A stretch of DNA of 64,000 nucleotides from Takakia lepidozioides (taxonomy: Eukaryota > Plantae > Bryophyta): assembly GCA_030704615.1 (NCBI GenBank), contig CM060731.1, positions 24,428,001-24,492,000 of the forward strand, read 5' to 3'. The notes beneath the pieces were generated by a model. That model ran no database searches and was not told the origin of the DNA. It saw nothing but the letters and a program-made list of their open reading frames with translations. Of the stretch, positions 14,199 through 27,947 are shown piece after piece (the stretch's first letter is position 1; the number at the start of each line of letters is the position of its first letter). The position numbers and the translations under genes were made by a program.

Positions 14199-14732
14199 CT
14201 CTCCCATTGAACCTGGTTCCTGTTTGCTTCTTAGTTTTGCCTTGTTAGGGGGCGGAGTCTCCTGTAATAAAGCCTTTACAAGATTATTTTTCCTTGTTCC
14301 CTTCAATCAAATTCGGGCTTTGAAGAAAACATGGCGTACTAGGCCAACGGACTAGTGCAACAACAGTCCGAAGGGTTGAACCCAGGATCACCCTACTAAA
14401 CTCTAGGGTTTTGCCATTCCGCTAAACCTCAGTGTGGGTTTAGTCTAAGGAACTGGCAGCCTATCACCATGTCACAGAGCATGCAACAGACAGCTGCAGT
14501 GTGGGAGATGAGTGACAGTGTATAAATCTTTGGGATGCGGCCAAATGGTGCAGACAGACAGATGGGTTTTGTAGATTTATGGGTTCTGGTGCAGTAGAAT
14601 TGACTATGCTGTTTATGGGTACTCCCTCGTTTGCCTATCATCATGCCAGGTAGAGGAGGTATGACTCACCCATACTGTATGTGCTGACCTCCTCCAAGGG
14701 TTAACACAGGGTGGAGAGGGAGGTGCAGAGAG

Positions 14733-17700
14733 ATGGCAGAGCAGATGGAGAAAGGGAAGGTGGTGGTAACGTATATATATCTGTTGATGTACATTGCACT
14801 TTCGAGTGGCCAGATCTTCTTCAACAAGGTGAGGTCGCTTTTGATTTTTCTTGTCGTAATCAGCAAGAGAGAGAGAGTATATCGCTGAATCAGATGCATA
14901 CTGTGTCTCTGCTGCTCTTCTTTGACATGTGGGTAATTTTAATTTAGTCAATCACAGCTTTATCCTCGTAAAAAAAGATCAGATATGACCTGTGGAATGG
15001 AAACTCAATCACTCTCATAGTGTCGCTTTGTAGGGCTTCTGTCAATTTTGTCGTATACAAGAGACATCTCGTGGCCTAGAATGAGCTGCCAGATCACAAT
15101 GGGGAGCTCTCCAATTGGCTTTCAAATCTGTTGCTCAATTTACTTATTCCGAGAAATAACTCTATCGAAACTCACCTGCAATGCTTTGTCAGCGATGGTT
15201 TGTTATGCCACAAGGTCACTCACATACTGTAACAATGAATGAGGAAAGGCCTACTCCAACCTGGAGAGATCATGACAGAAGAAAGTCTTGTCTTGAATCC
15301 TTGTGCAGTTCACAACCATTCAATTACGGAAGCCTGGTATGGGCCGTGACTAGGCTTTCCGTACAACAGGTTTGTGGTTTTAATTGTAGGAGTGTAACCA
15401 CTTCTCATGCTACCCAATGGCAATCCACGAACTTGAGAAGACCGTTCTTCAGGTTCTGGCATCCTTTATGATCTACTTTCATACATCCACTCCATCACAC
15501 GAGTGTTCAGCTTGCGACCAGAGGCATCCTTTATGATCTACTTCTGTTTCCTCACAAAGAGGCTCCAAGTCTCTGGTTCTTCCCTGCCTTCTCTTGATGT
15601 GCGGTCATCAGTCAACTGGTCACAACTTAATGCATTTCCTCTTTGTTTGATGTTGCTGTGGGGATTGTAGTGGGTGCTGTCTTCCAGGATGATCAACTTC
15701 CCATATCCCCTGGGCCTCACACTCATGCACATGGTGTTTTCCTCAGTTCTCTGTTTCCTGGTTGTCAGAGTTTTCAAGGTAAGTTGGAGGGAAAGTTGTG
15801 AGTGTTCTATGATGCAAAATGTCACCAACCCTCATGGTGAACAGTGTCTAGTCATTTTGGCTACTAGGTTTAGAAAGTTGTGCAACGTAGTGAGGCAATT
15901 GGAACAGAATGATATGCACCTTGCTTAGCAATATGATCTGAGTAATTGAAATTTGAAACGAGTGGCTACCGATGGGGTGCATTGTTCCCTTGGTTCTGTA
16001 ACCACCAGGAATCAAGTTTGGGAACCTCCAGTGTCGAAGCATCTGGCCTCTCTGTTATGGGTTTTAATGTTTTGAGTTTTACCTCTGGATCATGGGAACA
16101 TTATAGCTCTGGCTGAAACAGGATTGATTCTGGGTCTTTCTCAAAGTTCAGAATTGGCATATCCAGGATCTTTGCAGATCGCTTCCGTGTGATTATATTT
16201 TCACATTGTTGACTTTGTCATCAGTATGGGATGCTGTACAAGCCCTTATATTGGTTCTTTGGGCAAAGAGAGAGAGAGTTGACAGGGAAAAGTGGGGATG
16301 GTGCTGCTGAGTGGTGCAGCTGGTGAAGCTACAGCAGGGTATGACTCTTGAAATGTGAGACTTGCTGAACCTTTAGTCCTTTTGCTCGTCTTTTCCTGCA
16401 TTCGTGGGCTTTGTGTTCTCTGTTACTTCAGGTTTGCAGCATTATGAGTTAGTCCCTTACACCAAATTAAATTTGTTTGTTTGTTCTAATTGGCACTGAT
16501 CCTATATACTGTTACAAAATTGATGACTTCTGGTCTTTTGTTTTGTAAAGTGCATATAACGAGGGTTCTTGGTCTGGGGGTTTTGTCTCCAGCTATGTCT
16601 CATCCGTAATTCCTATTGGAGCGACATTTGCGATGACGTTATGGCTGGGGAACACAGCCTATCTCTACATCTCTGTTTCTTTTGCACAGATGTTGAAAGC
16701 CATTAGTAAGTAACCTCTTTCTCTCCCTATCACTGTTCAGAGCAACCCCAGAATCTCCTCGTGCAATTCAGGATGACTCGACCTCCTGAAAACTGAACAA
16801 TGGGTGTGGATTTGGCAGTGCCTGTGGCAGTGTTTCTACTAGGAGCAGCATTTGGGCTGGAAGAGTTGAGCTGCCAAATGCTGGCTACTATGACAGTGAT
16901 TAGTGTGGGGGTGGTTGTGGCCTCATATGGAGAAATCAATTTTGATTGGATAGGCGTGGTCTACCAGATGGGAGGAGTGGTGGGGGAGGCATTTCGCCTC
17001 ATCTTCTTGGAGATTCTGCTAAAAAAAAAAGGCATCAAGTTGGATCCCATCAACATGATGTACTATGTCAGCCCATGCAGGTTTGTTTCACTCTGCAAAG
17101 CTTGTTGTTTGTCTTTTCTCTTTTGTTTTGCAGGTTCTGGAAGTAGTCATACTCATTTATTTCCTTTTATTGGAAGATATTTTTGTGTAAATGTCTGCAT
17201 GATAGAGAGAGAAAGATAGAGGAACTGCGCAGTATGCATGAAAAGCCCAAGGAGCTGATGTAAAATATACAGAATTACACTGTAGCTAAATCATTGCAGG
17301 AAGACTGAGGACCTCTTGAAGGTAAGGTGCTAAGCTGGTCCTCAAAAAGAAATATTCTCCTTGACTATTCTCTACGCAGGCTGGCTATGACATACCCTTG
17401 ACGGGTAGTCTTCGTGGTAGATCAACAATCTTAGAACTGGTCGTTGGGTTTCAACCCACTGAACCTGTCATAGTGTCCATGCATGACCCAAAGACTGTCT
17501 GGTCACATGAGAGATGGAGTACTCTCACAACGTGGACATCTGGACAGAGCAAAAGAGGGGAAGGGCAGGAGGAGATAGGACGATCGGAATGGTGGGTGCC
17601 ACCATCTAAAAAAGCTTGCTTTAGTAGTGGGACGTGTTGAAATTAAGGTAATTACGTTCCAGAATGCATTTGACTATCGCATCAGTTTTACATACATTTA

Positions 17701-19080
17701 CCCAAGACCCAGACCCATACATACTGAGCTACAATAGTTCAGTGATAGTTTTTAAAGAGAAAGATTGACTGTTTGAGATAATAATTTCCTGGAGCTGGTT
17801 GCAGTGTTTAAGCACCACAAGTATTTGAGATTTAACTTGTCATAGTACTGGCACAATTCGGACAATTATCCGGTTCAGAGAGGATAGAACAAGTGGAAGA
17901 CGGAGCTTGAGAAAGTCCACTGGAAGTTCAAAGAGTTAATTTATAAAAACAAACTGATCTTGACCGCCCAGTGCCTCTGCCAAGGATGAGACGCTTCTGA
18001 AAAGAAAGTATCTCCCACTAATCTCATCAATACAGGGGACCAGACAAAATAAATGCTTTCTCCGGCATGTTGTTAATTGGACAAATCCTGTCATCGTGTA
18101 TCAGATGCACCTTGATGGACATACGCAAATAGCACTTGTCTACCATGTTTATTGTAGTTATTATAAAAACATAGATTCTCAATATGTTCACATATATGAG
18201 GACCTCCATTTAAAGATTTAGGGAAGCTGGTTTTGGCCTGCATTTCTGATTGTCATTGCTTTGGTTTGCAGCGCTCTTTGCCTTTTCATACCATGGCTAC
18301 TTCTGGAGAGGCCAAAAATGGACACAAGCCTGGGGTGGCACTTTCATCCGTTCATCATGTCCCTCAATGCTCTCTGCACATTTGCCTTGAATGTTTCAGT
18401 GTTTTTGGTGATTAGCCGCACGAGTGCGCTCACTATCCGAGTTGCTGGGGTGGTCAAGGACTGGGTGGTCGTCCTGGTGTCTGCATGCATTTTTGCCGAT
18501 ACAAAGCTCTCGATCATCAATATTCTCGGTTATATTGTTGGTAGATCAATCGTTCCCCTCATTTGCAATGAATAGAAGCTCTAGTGATAAGTTGTGTGCT
18601 GTTTGGAATAGATTGGGACTAAGTAGGCTGCATCATTGGTACATTTCACAAGATATTTTCTTGCACCATTAAGCTAAGGATACTTCACAACTGGATTTCA
18701 CCTTTACAGTCCTTGCGGCCATGTAGTCACAACCTGCACTTGAGAAGAGGACATTTAAATACTGTACTGAAGCTCACAGCTAGTTGATTCTACATCCTTA
18801 GGTGCCCTAGACTCAATAGGCAGCTGACTTCGTGTTCATTGCCTTTGTTGGTGAGGGGGCAGCCATAGTGGGGGTCTACATGTACAACATGCACAAGCTG
18901 AAAGCTGCAGGTGGGTTAACAACTAGTGGCTCTTCCACTAAGCTTGAAGAAAGTCTTCTAGGGATGAAGCAACCATCATACAAGCAGAAGGTAATCTCTC
19001 CCGCTCCACGCATGTTGGATAGACTAAAGCTTGTGTTTTACCCCCATCGTTATGCTCCGTAGTCATCTGTGAGCAGCTGA
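14733..19080 (+). CDS. Probable sugar phosphate/phosphate translocator (TPT / nucleotide-sugar transporter family, At3g14410/At1g53660-like)
   Basis: GT-AG exons 14733-14828, 15671-15778, 16320-16354, 16593-16705, 16819-17080, 18272-18540, 18863-18990 and probably 19063-19080. They give [59 protein letters not shown] and [15 protein letters not shown]. Confidence 0.92.
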
Positions 19081-20728
19081 TAATGCTGGATGGCAAGGAC
19101 CTCCCTTTATGGAGATCCATTCACTTCACTGGGTATGTTGTGGAGACCATGCTTGTTAGCCTGACTTACGTTATTTGATGCCCTCATTTTCTCATTGAAC
19201 CAGCTCCTCAATTGTAGAGTTGTTTGCATTTAATCACTCGATGAATTGAAGTTTTAGGAACATAACACTGTTCTAAGTGAGGGTTCTTTACATATTTTTA
19301 TTCATGTCATTTTGTCTTGCTCTTGGGTGGGTAGTGCTTTGTGCAGCAGTGTTGGTTGCTAATGTGAAATCAGAGAGGTTGGAAACACTTGCAGGAATTA
19401 CATTGAAACGTTGTGTATTCCTCCTGGAAGGCCTTGTACTTTAGTTTTTCGTTTTTCATGTCATAAAGACCACACTGATATACTTGCCCACAGGACTGTT
19501 GATGCCAGTGTCCAAACGGTCTCATCTTGTGTTCGGTGCAGCAAAGCGGTGGCATGGAGTTGGACACGGAGAAAACATGGGAACTCAAGGAGGTTGACTT
19601 GCGTCACTAGCTCAACTTCATTGGGATTCTCTGTCAATATGTCGCTTCGACTGTTACGACGGCGGGCCAGCAATGCTCTCCCTCAAAATTTCCATATACA
19701 CCATGCAATCACATGAATACAGACCATTTACACCAGGCTGCACCCTCTAGCTAGAGCACAGAGAAGAGGATGCCTTGAAAGGGATCGATAGAGTTGGAGT
19801 TCTTTGTAAGAGGCCATTCTTTCATTAATTGTACCATGAAAACACAGGAAGACGTACAGAGATTAACAGCCAACTGAGATATGCTTACTTCAGCAAACAT
19901 TGACATCGATACTAATACTTTCAGAGGTCTGATTTGACAATTCAAGTCTCTCAGGTTACAGCTGAACTCCAATCACAACGACATCGCACTTAATGAGGAT
20001 TATTACCTTCAACTGTTACAAGTGGTTCCTTACATTAGAATAGAACTGGCAACAAAGTCTTCTTCAGTATCTGTATGACATGCACCCAGAAATCGATCCC
20101 ATGGAAAGAGTTCCGAAACCTGTGACTTCTGTTCATTGCCTACTGGGAAGATCAGCAAAAGAGAAACTAAGTTAAGGGAGGTAACCTGACCGTTGTTGGA
20201 TGTTGAGCTTTATACAGCATAGGCAAGGCAGCCTTTGCACATGCTGACAATGAAGTGAAAGCCCAACTGAGTGATGTTCATCCACCCAAGTGCATTTCTC
20301 ATGTATGCATCACAATCTTTCCGATCCTGCGAAGGTTACTCGACATGCTGTCACTCAATCTAACGGATTCATGGCGGATGCAAATGCTGCAAGAATAATC
20401 ACTACCATACGAGTATATAGACAGGGTACAAGTTTCATGACGCTACTTCATCATCAGCATGGGGAAGCTGAGGCATTTGAGGTTTGAGGGGACTTGGCAT
20501 CCTCGAAAGAGATGGAGTGGATAGGAGGGGAGGACACTCCATCGGGGACTGCCTGGTAGCAATCCGATTGCTTTGGGAAACCCATTCGAGATTTCTCCTT
20601 CTCTTGGTTGTGTAAGAATTTGGTGGTTCTGTCAAAGGGGCCCTGTCACCCATCTGTCCACAGATCCAGAGCTCATTGGTGTGCATCAGCCAGTACCTAG
20701 TTAGATGCAAGTGTGTTCTTTGGGTGAT

Positions 20729-23700
20729 ATGGCTATGGCTGCGGCCATGTGTGTCGGGGCACTACCTAGGCCTTGCTCGTTGCCCCGGTTTAGGAGAATT
20801 GCACAGCCAGCATGTGTAGGAGTGCAATGCAGTGTAGGGACCAGTGTGGAAAAGGGACAGGTGGAAGCATTATGGTCCTGGCTGCAGGCCAAGGGTGCGG
20901 TGGGGGAGGCAGTGCGGCCTGCATTGGTGGCAGAGGGTCTGGGATTGGTAGCACAGCGAGAGGTGACGCAGGGAGAAGAGGTGGTGAGCGTGCCAGAGGC
21001 CCTCTGGATGAATTTAGCTGCCGCTCAAGCTTCACCTATAGGTCCCTTCTGCCAGGGCTTGAAGCCTTGGATGGCGATTGCTTTATTTATATTGTACGAG
21101 AAATCGCAATCGGTTTCCAGCTGGCGCCCCTACCTCGACAATCTTCCCCAAATTCTGGATTCCCCTCTTTTCTGGTCAGGAGTTCTTGTCTCTGCTCTCG
21201 TGGGGTGGACATATGATTTGTGGTGTGGTGTTCTTTATTGATACTGATGCTGGACTGCAGCAGAGTGAATGCCCGGGCAATGCCAATTGATTGAGGTGTG
21301 TCTGTTGGGGGCCTTTGGTGCTAGCAGAATTCATGGGAATGTGAAGGTGGTGGTATTGATGCCACCTCAATATTTTGGAACAGCTTTGCAGTTTGGTAAA
21401 TACGAGAGATACTTGATAAGTTGGTGTGAGATGGTTGGCAGGTCAGAGGAGGAGTTATTGGAGCTTCAAGGTGGAAACATGTTGCCATCCACTTGACTTA
21501 ATTTTCAGCTTTTACCAGAAGCTGTATTGTCTCTTTGCTCGCACAGGACGTTTCCGTTTGATGGCTTGTTTATTGTATGCAAGTGGAATGTCCCGAATTG
21601 ATCAGGATTTTCGTCTTAAGTCATGATATGGCTAGTAGCTCCGACTCTTGTGATACTCTACCTTGTACCTGCTGCTTTCCTTATCCACAACCACCCTAGG
21701 AACCTGGTGGACAGACTTATCCAAGCCTCTGGCTGCAGGTTGTTTATGTTACAGTTTTTACCCACAAGCTGAACAAATATATGTCGGTTTGATCATTAGA
21801 GTGGTTGATAAGATCCACAGATCCATTCACATTGTGCTTGAAGCTTTTCACATCCCGAGTGTCAGTAGTAATCCTCAGTAGTCCGTGTGTCTGTATGGGG
21901 GCAGCGGCAGCGAATAGGAAAGGGGGCTGAAGCACCCTTGAATGCCGAAGGCACTCAAAGGAGGCGGAGGCGTTCATTAGGTGGAGCCCCGCAAACCGTC
22001 TGGCGGTTGGGGGGCTCCACGAGGGGTGGTGGTAGCTTAGGGCCTTTGAATGCCGTATTTGTTAAGACCTTATACAATTACAATTGTTTCCAGCACAATG
22101 ACAGAATGTGTTTTGGATGGGAAGCAGGAACACAGTTGCTAGGTTCTGTTGTCGGATACAAAGACTACGTGGAGAGTGAATTCAACAGTCTACTTGAGGA
22201 TGTGATCAGACCTAATCCTCAAGTTTTTCATCCTGACATATTTACCATGGAAGCCTTTCTCTGGGCATTTGGTATCCTTCGTTCCCGCACATTCGCTCCT
22301 CTAACTGGTGATGACTTGGCACTAGTCCCACTGGCAGACCTGGTAATTCCTTCAATCTTCATGAGCTGACTTGTTGCACAAATTGTCTAGGTGAGATGTT
22401 GCTTGTGAAAGGCTTTGTTTGCATATGTGATCCCTGTAGTAAGACAGACGCTGCTATATGTTGGCGTAGTAATCGTGAAACCTGGAATAAGTGGAATGGC
22501 AGGTGAATCATGGACCAGGAGTGATGGAGGATACTCCAAGTTGGGCAAAGAAGAATTCTGGTTTGTTTTGGAATGCCAACAAAAAAGGACAGACAGTGGT
22601 AGTGCGGGCTCCCATCAACTTCCATGCTGGGGAGCAGGTCTGCTAATATTTGGTGATGCAAGGAACTAGCTTGGCTCATTTGTTTACGTCTTATGTCTCA
22701 TGCATGTCTTGTCCCTGCAATTTTGCCTATTTCATTGGTTTGGTGGACTCATTGCCCTACATTTTCCTCTGCAACGCTGCATTTCGATTGCAGGACAGAC
22801 ACATCCAGCTGATGAGGCCCTCTGTTATGGGGCCAAAACCTTTGGCCTTTGTAATGCCTTGCTTAGACTTTACCTCGAGTCGTTTTTTTGCACTAGGTGC
22901 AAGGACGTATATTTGGCTTGATCATCTCCTAATAAAGATGCACCTTCACTTTGATTTAAGGGAAGTCCGTAGCTGAATAAACCACCAATGTTTCTGAGTT
23001 CAGGAGCTTGACAACTAAGAATGATCGCAGGTGTACATGCAATATGGGAAAAGCAAGAGCAATGCAGAGCTGGCTTTGGATTATGGGTTTGTTGAGAGTG
23101 ACCTAGAGGCATTCACCATGGAAAGCAGTGGTAGAGAGGCTCTAGCCCTTACCCTGGAAATTTGTGAAGGGGATCGCTATTTGGACGACAAGCTGGACAT
23201 TGCAGAGCTGAATGGATTGGAGCGCAGCGTTCAGTTTGATCTGCAGCGGGGTCAGGGTCCACCTGACACGATGCTGACCTTCCTGAGGCTCACAGCTCTC
23301 ACTGGACCAGATGCTTTTCTCTTGGAGGTGTGCTTCATTGCCAACCTCCAACTACTTTGTGCATCAGTAATTACTGACATATAATCTGTATTGACAACAA
23401 GGTAGTATTCGGTTTAGAGCAGCTGGAAGCTACCTTGGAATGTGACTGGTTGTTGTTACTAGTCATTAGAAACGGTATCTTGCAGAGTTCATTGGAGTTT
23501 TCTCTGCACATACAGGGATGTACTTCACCGAGTTTAAGAGGGTAACAGGTGAAGAATTTTTGGTTTGGATCTGCTGGGGTGTGTGTGTGTGTGTGGCGCG
23601 CGGAATAGCGGGTTGCCAGGCACTATTCAGGAATGCTGTTTGGAGTCATCTGACCTTGCCAGTGAGTCGAGATAACGAAGAGGGAGTATGCGTGGCAATG

Positions 23701-24401
23701 CTGGATGGTTGTCAGGCTGCACTAGCAGGCTATCATACCACTGCAGAAGAGGTTGATCAATCAATCTCCCTCACTTTGTGCTTGCCTATCCTCTTTTCAA
23801 TGCTGCAGCTATAGCAAGTAGTATGCTTGCTTGAAGTGAAGTCAAGTGTGGTATATAGCCCTTTTGCATGCAGATTTACAAACAGTTTATACTTTTACAA
23901 ATGGGAGCTTGATTTGTTAGATCTGCGGCCATTAGGAGTTTACGGTTACATGGTAGTTGCTCTTCTGGTACTATAGGGCAGATTCATGAAATGATGAAGA
24001 TGTGTGTGGCTGGGGTGACAGGACACGCAACTTCTGGAGGGTGGAGGACTAAGTAGAAGGAGGGAGATAGCAGTGGTTGTAAGACTTGGAGAGAAGCGAG
24101 TGCTCCAGGAGTTACAGACATGGTTTGAGGAACGTATGGCTGGGTTGGATGCATTGGAGTACTATGCTGAGCGCAGGCTGAAGGATCTGGGCCTCCTTGA
24201 TGATACGGGCTTCATGACTCCCTGGGTACCCTTTCTTCCTACTGCTTCAATTATGTTGGGTCAACAGTGTTTAATTTGACACTTTCTATTGATCCCCTGC
24301 ACAACATGTGTTTTGACCATTTGTTTGACTGCAATTTTCTAGGTTTCATATTTTGGCCTGATAGATGGATATTGTGGGACACTCAGGTTTTTAACGAGTA
24401 G
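20729..24401 (+). CDS. LSMT: Chloroplast Rubisco large subunit / aldolase lysine N-methyltransferase (SET domain)
   Basis: Approximate exons 20729-21175, 21441-21470, 22128-22341, 22503-22637, 23031-23327, 23621-23751, 24022-24225 and 24387-24401. Motifs EGLGLVAQR, WRPYLDNLP, FLWAFGILRSRTF, LVPLADLVNH, QYGKSKSNAELALDYGF and LEYYAERRLKDLGL; transit-peptide-like N-terminus. Confidence 0.9.
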
Positions 24402-26846
24402 GCAGCAATATTGTGGAAGGTGTGGCATACTAGTGGTCCAGTGCATGAAGTGCGATGTGGAGGGCGACACAACTGATGATTTCGCATCTTACTCTATGTT
24501 TTCATCTTATGATGCTTTTATCTTCCATCACTATAGCTCAATTGAAAGTTGGCTGCGTTGGAGTGGATTTTTCAAACTAGATGTCAGATGTATGTTCAAA
24601 TAGTCATGCGACTCACAACAACAGTTGTGAATCGTCACACTATTCTATTGCAATCCACAGTTGATATCTAGAAGAAATGGTGAGAGTTTAGAGTTACACA
24701 GATGGAGTTTCTCAGGTAATAGTCACTGTACTCCCTCGCAGAGAATTTTAAAAAAAATCTTTCTTATGGTTTCCCAATTGATATGAGAATTTTGTTATAT
24801 AGACTTCATCTGAAACTGCTGATACTCCCAAACATGGTGAGGACAGAATTGTACCATGCCTGCCTTGGAACAGTTGTGACTGAAAAGCCTACAGACCACT
24901 TCCGGAATCCTTTTGAATGTCCAACTTTAGTCTGCCTGATGACACATTCCTAATGATGTCAAACGTACAGTAAGCATGGCACAAAGTCTCCCTGGACTCT
25001 TCTACCCTTTGCGAAAAGGATTTTCAAGACAATCTCATCCAACTGCACCAGATCCAACTTAACACAACTCAACACTGGAATAGATGATTTGGACTCGCCT
25101 CAGCAAAGCATGATGCCAGCTTGGTGCAGCAGCATATCTAAACTACTATATATGAAAAGAGCTGGTTGGGTTGCGATCTATGGATCACAAACATAGTAAC
25201 GACTAGATTCCTGAGAGCTGAATCGCGGTTCACTTCTCAACATAGAAACTCGCTGTAAAGCTTTATAGAAGCTGCAAATGAGGTGGCTGTACAAGAGTTA
25301 AGAGTACAAGAACGAGAAATACAAACCCCCTAAAGAAAGGGAAATGTGAGGAAGACAAAGGAATCCAAACCGATGTAGCATTAGCTACTACCTGAAGTAA
25401 ATCAGACGAAGAAAGAAGGTGGGTCTAGGTTTCAAAATGTGAGTGAGGCGTTCATACCTCCAAACTGCGTTGACAAACTTCAATGATAGAGTCACAGTTT
25501 GAGCAATGTTGCAGTTTGCTGAAAATAATTTTGCTAGCTATGTAAAATATGTGCGTGATGAGAGTACCGTCAGCTTACAAGAGGATAGCGCGCGGAGGCC
25601 TTCTTGAACTGCCATTGACATCCGATCTACACTCGAGGAATTGCCCTGTAATGCAAATTATGGGCACAGATCTACGATGTACTTTGGAGCGCATAATTAG
25701 ATCCTCATGAAGCAAATTCATATGTACACTCACAAAACTAATTGATCATAAGAGATGAATGTTGAGTAGCCAGATCTTTGTGCAGTGCATTGGCCGTAGC
25801 TGAATCATGTTGAACCATGTTCTCAAGTACTCGTGAAGGGTTAAGAGTGTTATCTTCTGCTCTTTCTGCAGGGCTGGCCTCACTGCGCGACCAGCCTGCC
25901 TGTAGCCTGCGAGAGGGGAATTCGCTCCAATTTGTAAGTGTGACGGCAGGGGTAGTGAAGACGCAGTTGCCTCACATGTGAGAACACGCTCTGGTTATAC
26001 AAGTTGGGTGGAAGTGATTTTGATTCATGATTTTGTGTAACTTAAAGGGGGTTTCTATGGTGTAGGTGGATCGGATCGCATTTTCCACCCCACTTCATTG
26101 AGCAAATCTTGATAGAAGCAGACTGATGAGCACTATCGTTGTATCATGGAAGGTGTTGAGATGAAGGCATACTCAAGGTAGTGATTCGCTTAGTGATTTG
26201 TTGTTTTCAGATTTCTGACAGCACGTCTTTCTATGATGCCTTTTGCAATCTTCCGAACTGTACTTTTCATTGTTCATTGGCCCCAAGTGGAAGAAGGCAA
26301 TACCCATGCTGCTACCTCACTAGGCTGCTACCCTAGCGAGGGGTTACAGCATGCTACTACATCCACAGTAGCAGCTACTGGCCTGCTAGCTAACCGGCAG
26401 GTGCGGCCGGGGCCTAAGAACACTCTCCCCACTCCACAAACCTTGTCTCCTGATTGCTAAGTAGAACACTTATGTGCAGAGGAGCTGCTTTGGACACACA
26501 CACTTGAACGTCAATAACACACAAAAAAGACAAGAAAGTTGGTGTGTTGAGGTAAGAGGGAGAGAGAGAGATAAGAGAATCGCGCGCGTGTTGCAAGTTC
26601 CTCGGGAGCGCTGCTGCATTTCGATGACAGAGCAAAAAAAAATTGGTGCAAATCCGCGTGCGAGAGATTTCTGTTTGTGAAGTGGGAGAGTGAGCGAGTT
26701 TGTATCGAGAAAGTTTGGTGGGCCTCACTCACTGTCCTGTTTCCTCCCGAAAGAGGGAGAGATAAGAGGGACAGAGCGGCGTGGGGGGATTGCATCTGAT
26801 TCGGTGGTGTCGGTGGTGAGTGGAACAAGCAGTTACACGCAGCATC

Positions 26847-27947
26847 ATGTCTACTGCCTCCGTCTCAACAACGTTTGCTGCAGGACCTAAGACTGGCTGC
26901 CGCGCTATCGCAGGAGCTCCCAGTAGTTGTTACAAGTCAAGACTGTGGCTCAAGAGGCAGGTGGCATACCCCTCGGTGGCACAAAGATTTGTAGGCAATC
27001 AATCAAAGACAAAGAGGGTGTGTGTCTTTGCTTCGTCTCAACCTGAAAGACAAAGCGGTGGGGGTTTAGCAGTTCTTTTGGAATTTGAAGGAGTGCTATC
27101 TGATGTGCATCGGTTTGGCCATCGTCATAGCTTCAACGCAGCCTTTCGGGAGTTGGGGCTTGATTGTGCAAATTGGACAGAACCCGTGTATGTGGACCTC
27201 TTGAGGCGCGCGGGTGGTGTTGAAGGCACAATGCTGTCAGCATTCTTTGACCGAATAGGGTGGCCCTCCTCTTTGCCTAGCAATGAGAAGGATGCATTTG
27301 TCCGCAATTTGCTGGACGCCAAACACCGTGCATTGGAGAAGTTGGCAGCATCGGGCAGCCTCCCACTGCGGCCTGGCATTCAAGAATTCATTGATGAGGT
27401 GAAGGAGGCCCAAGTTCCGGTCCTTGTTATAGCTGCCTACAACAAGAGTGGGGAGCAGGTCGTTCGGTCATTGGTTGCGAGGTTGGGGACAGAGCGGTCG
27501 AGCTACATCAAAATAGTGGGAGAGGCTGAAGTGGAAAGCAGCGCTTATGGGCAAGTTATGCTTGGTGGCGGAGTTGTTGCTGGTCTTGATGAGCAGCTTT
27601 CTATTGCGGCTACTAGAGCTGTTGCAGCGGAGAAGCAGCGAGTTGCTGAAGAAGTGGCGTCTATCCTGGAGGTCAGTGTTGAGATCGATACGAGTTTTAC
27701 TCAATCATCAAGGAAGTCAATTGCAGCGCTACGGGCAGGATCAGAGATGGCAGGAATAAGAATGGACTGCTGCATGTTACTGGCAGGGGGGCAGACCGGG
27801 GTGCAGGCAGCTTTTCGCATTGGTATGCCATGTGTAGTGGTGCGCAGCAGTGTGACGGCAAGGGCGGAGTTTCCTTCGGCCAGAGCAGCACTGGACAATT
27901 TTGGAGCTGGTGCTATCACTCTCTCCCGGCTACAGAAATTCATATAG
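26847..27947 (+). CDS. CbbY-like HAD-superfamily protein, chloroplast-targeted, single exon
   Basis: HRHSFNAAFRELGLDCANWTEPVYVDLL, LPLRPGIQEFIDE and GMPCVVVRSSVTARAEFPSA. HAD motif I reads LLEFEGVLSD. Ser/Thr/Arg-rich N-terminus. Confidence 0.88.
   Translation: MSTASVSTTFAAGPKTGCRAIAGAPSSCYKSRLWLKRQVAYPSVAQRFVGNQSKTKRVCVFASSQPERQSGGGLAVLLEFEGVLSDVHRFGHRHSFNAAFRELGLDCANWTEPVYVDLLRRAGGVEGTMLSAFFDRIGWPSSLPSNEKDAFVRNLLDAKHRALEKLAASGSLPLRPGIQEFIDEVKEAQVPVLVIAAYNKSGEQVVRSLVARLGTERSSYIKIVGEAEVESSAYGQVMLGGGVVAGLDEQLSIAATRAVAAEKQRVAEEVASILEVSVEIDTSFTQSSRKSIAALRAGSEMAGIRMDCCMLLAGGQTGVQAAFRIGMPCVVVRSSVTARAEFPSARAALDNFGAGAITLSRLQKFI

Noticed and set aside
25200-25990. Degraded gene between LSMT and CbbY (similar impression at 5000-6150 and 19370-20480)
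   Set aside because: Coding-like composition, but no sustained frame or recognisable motif.
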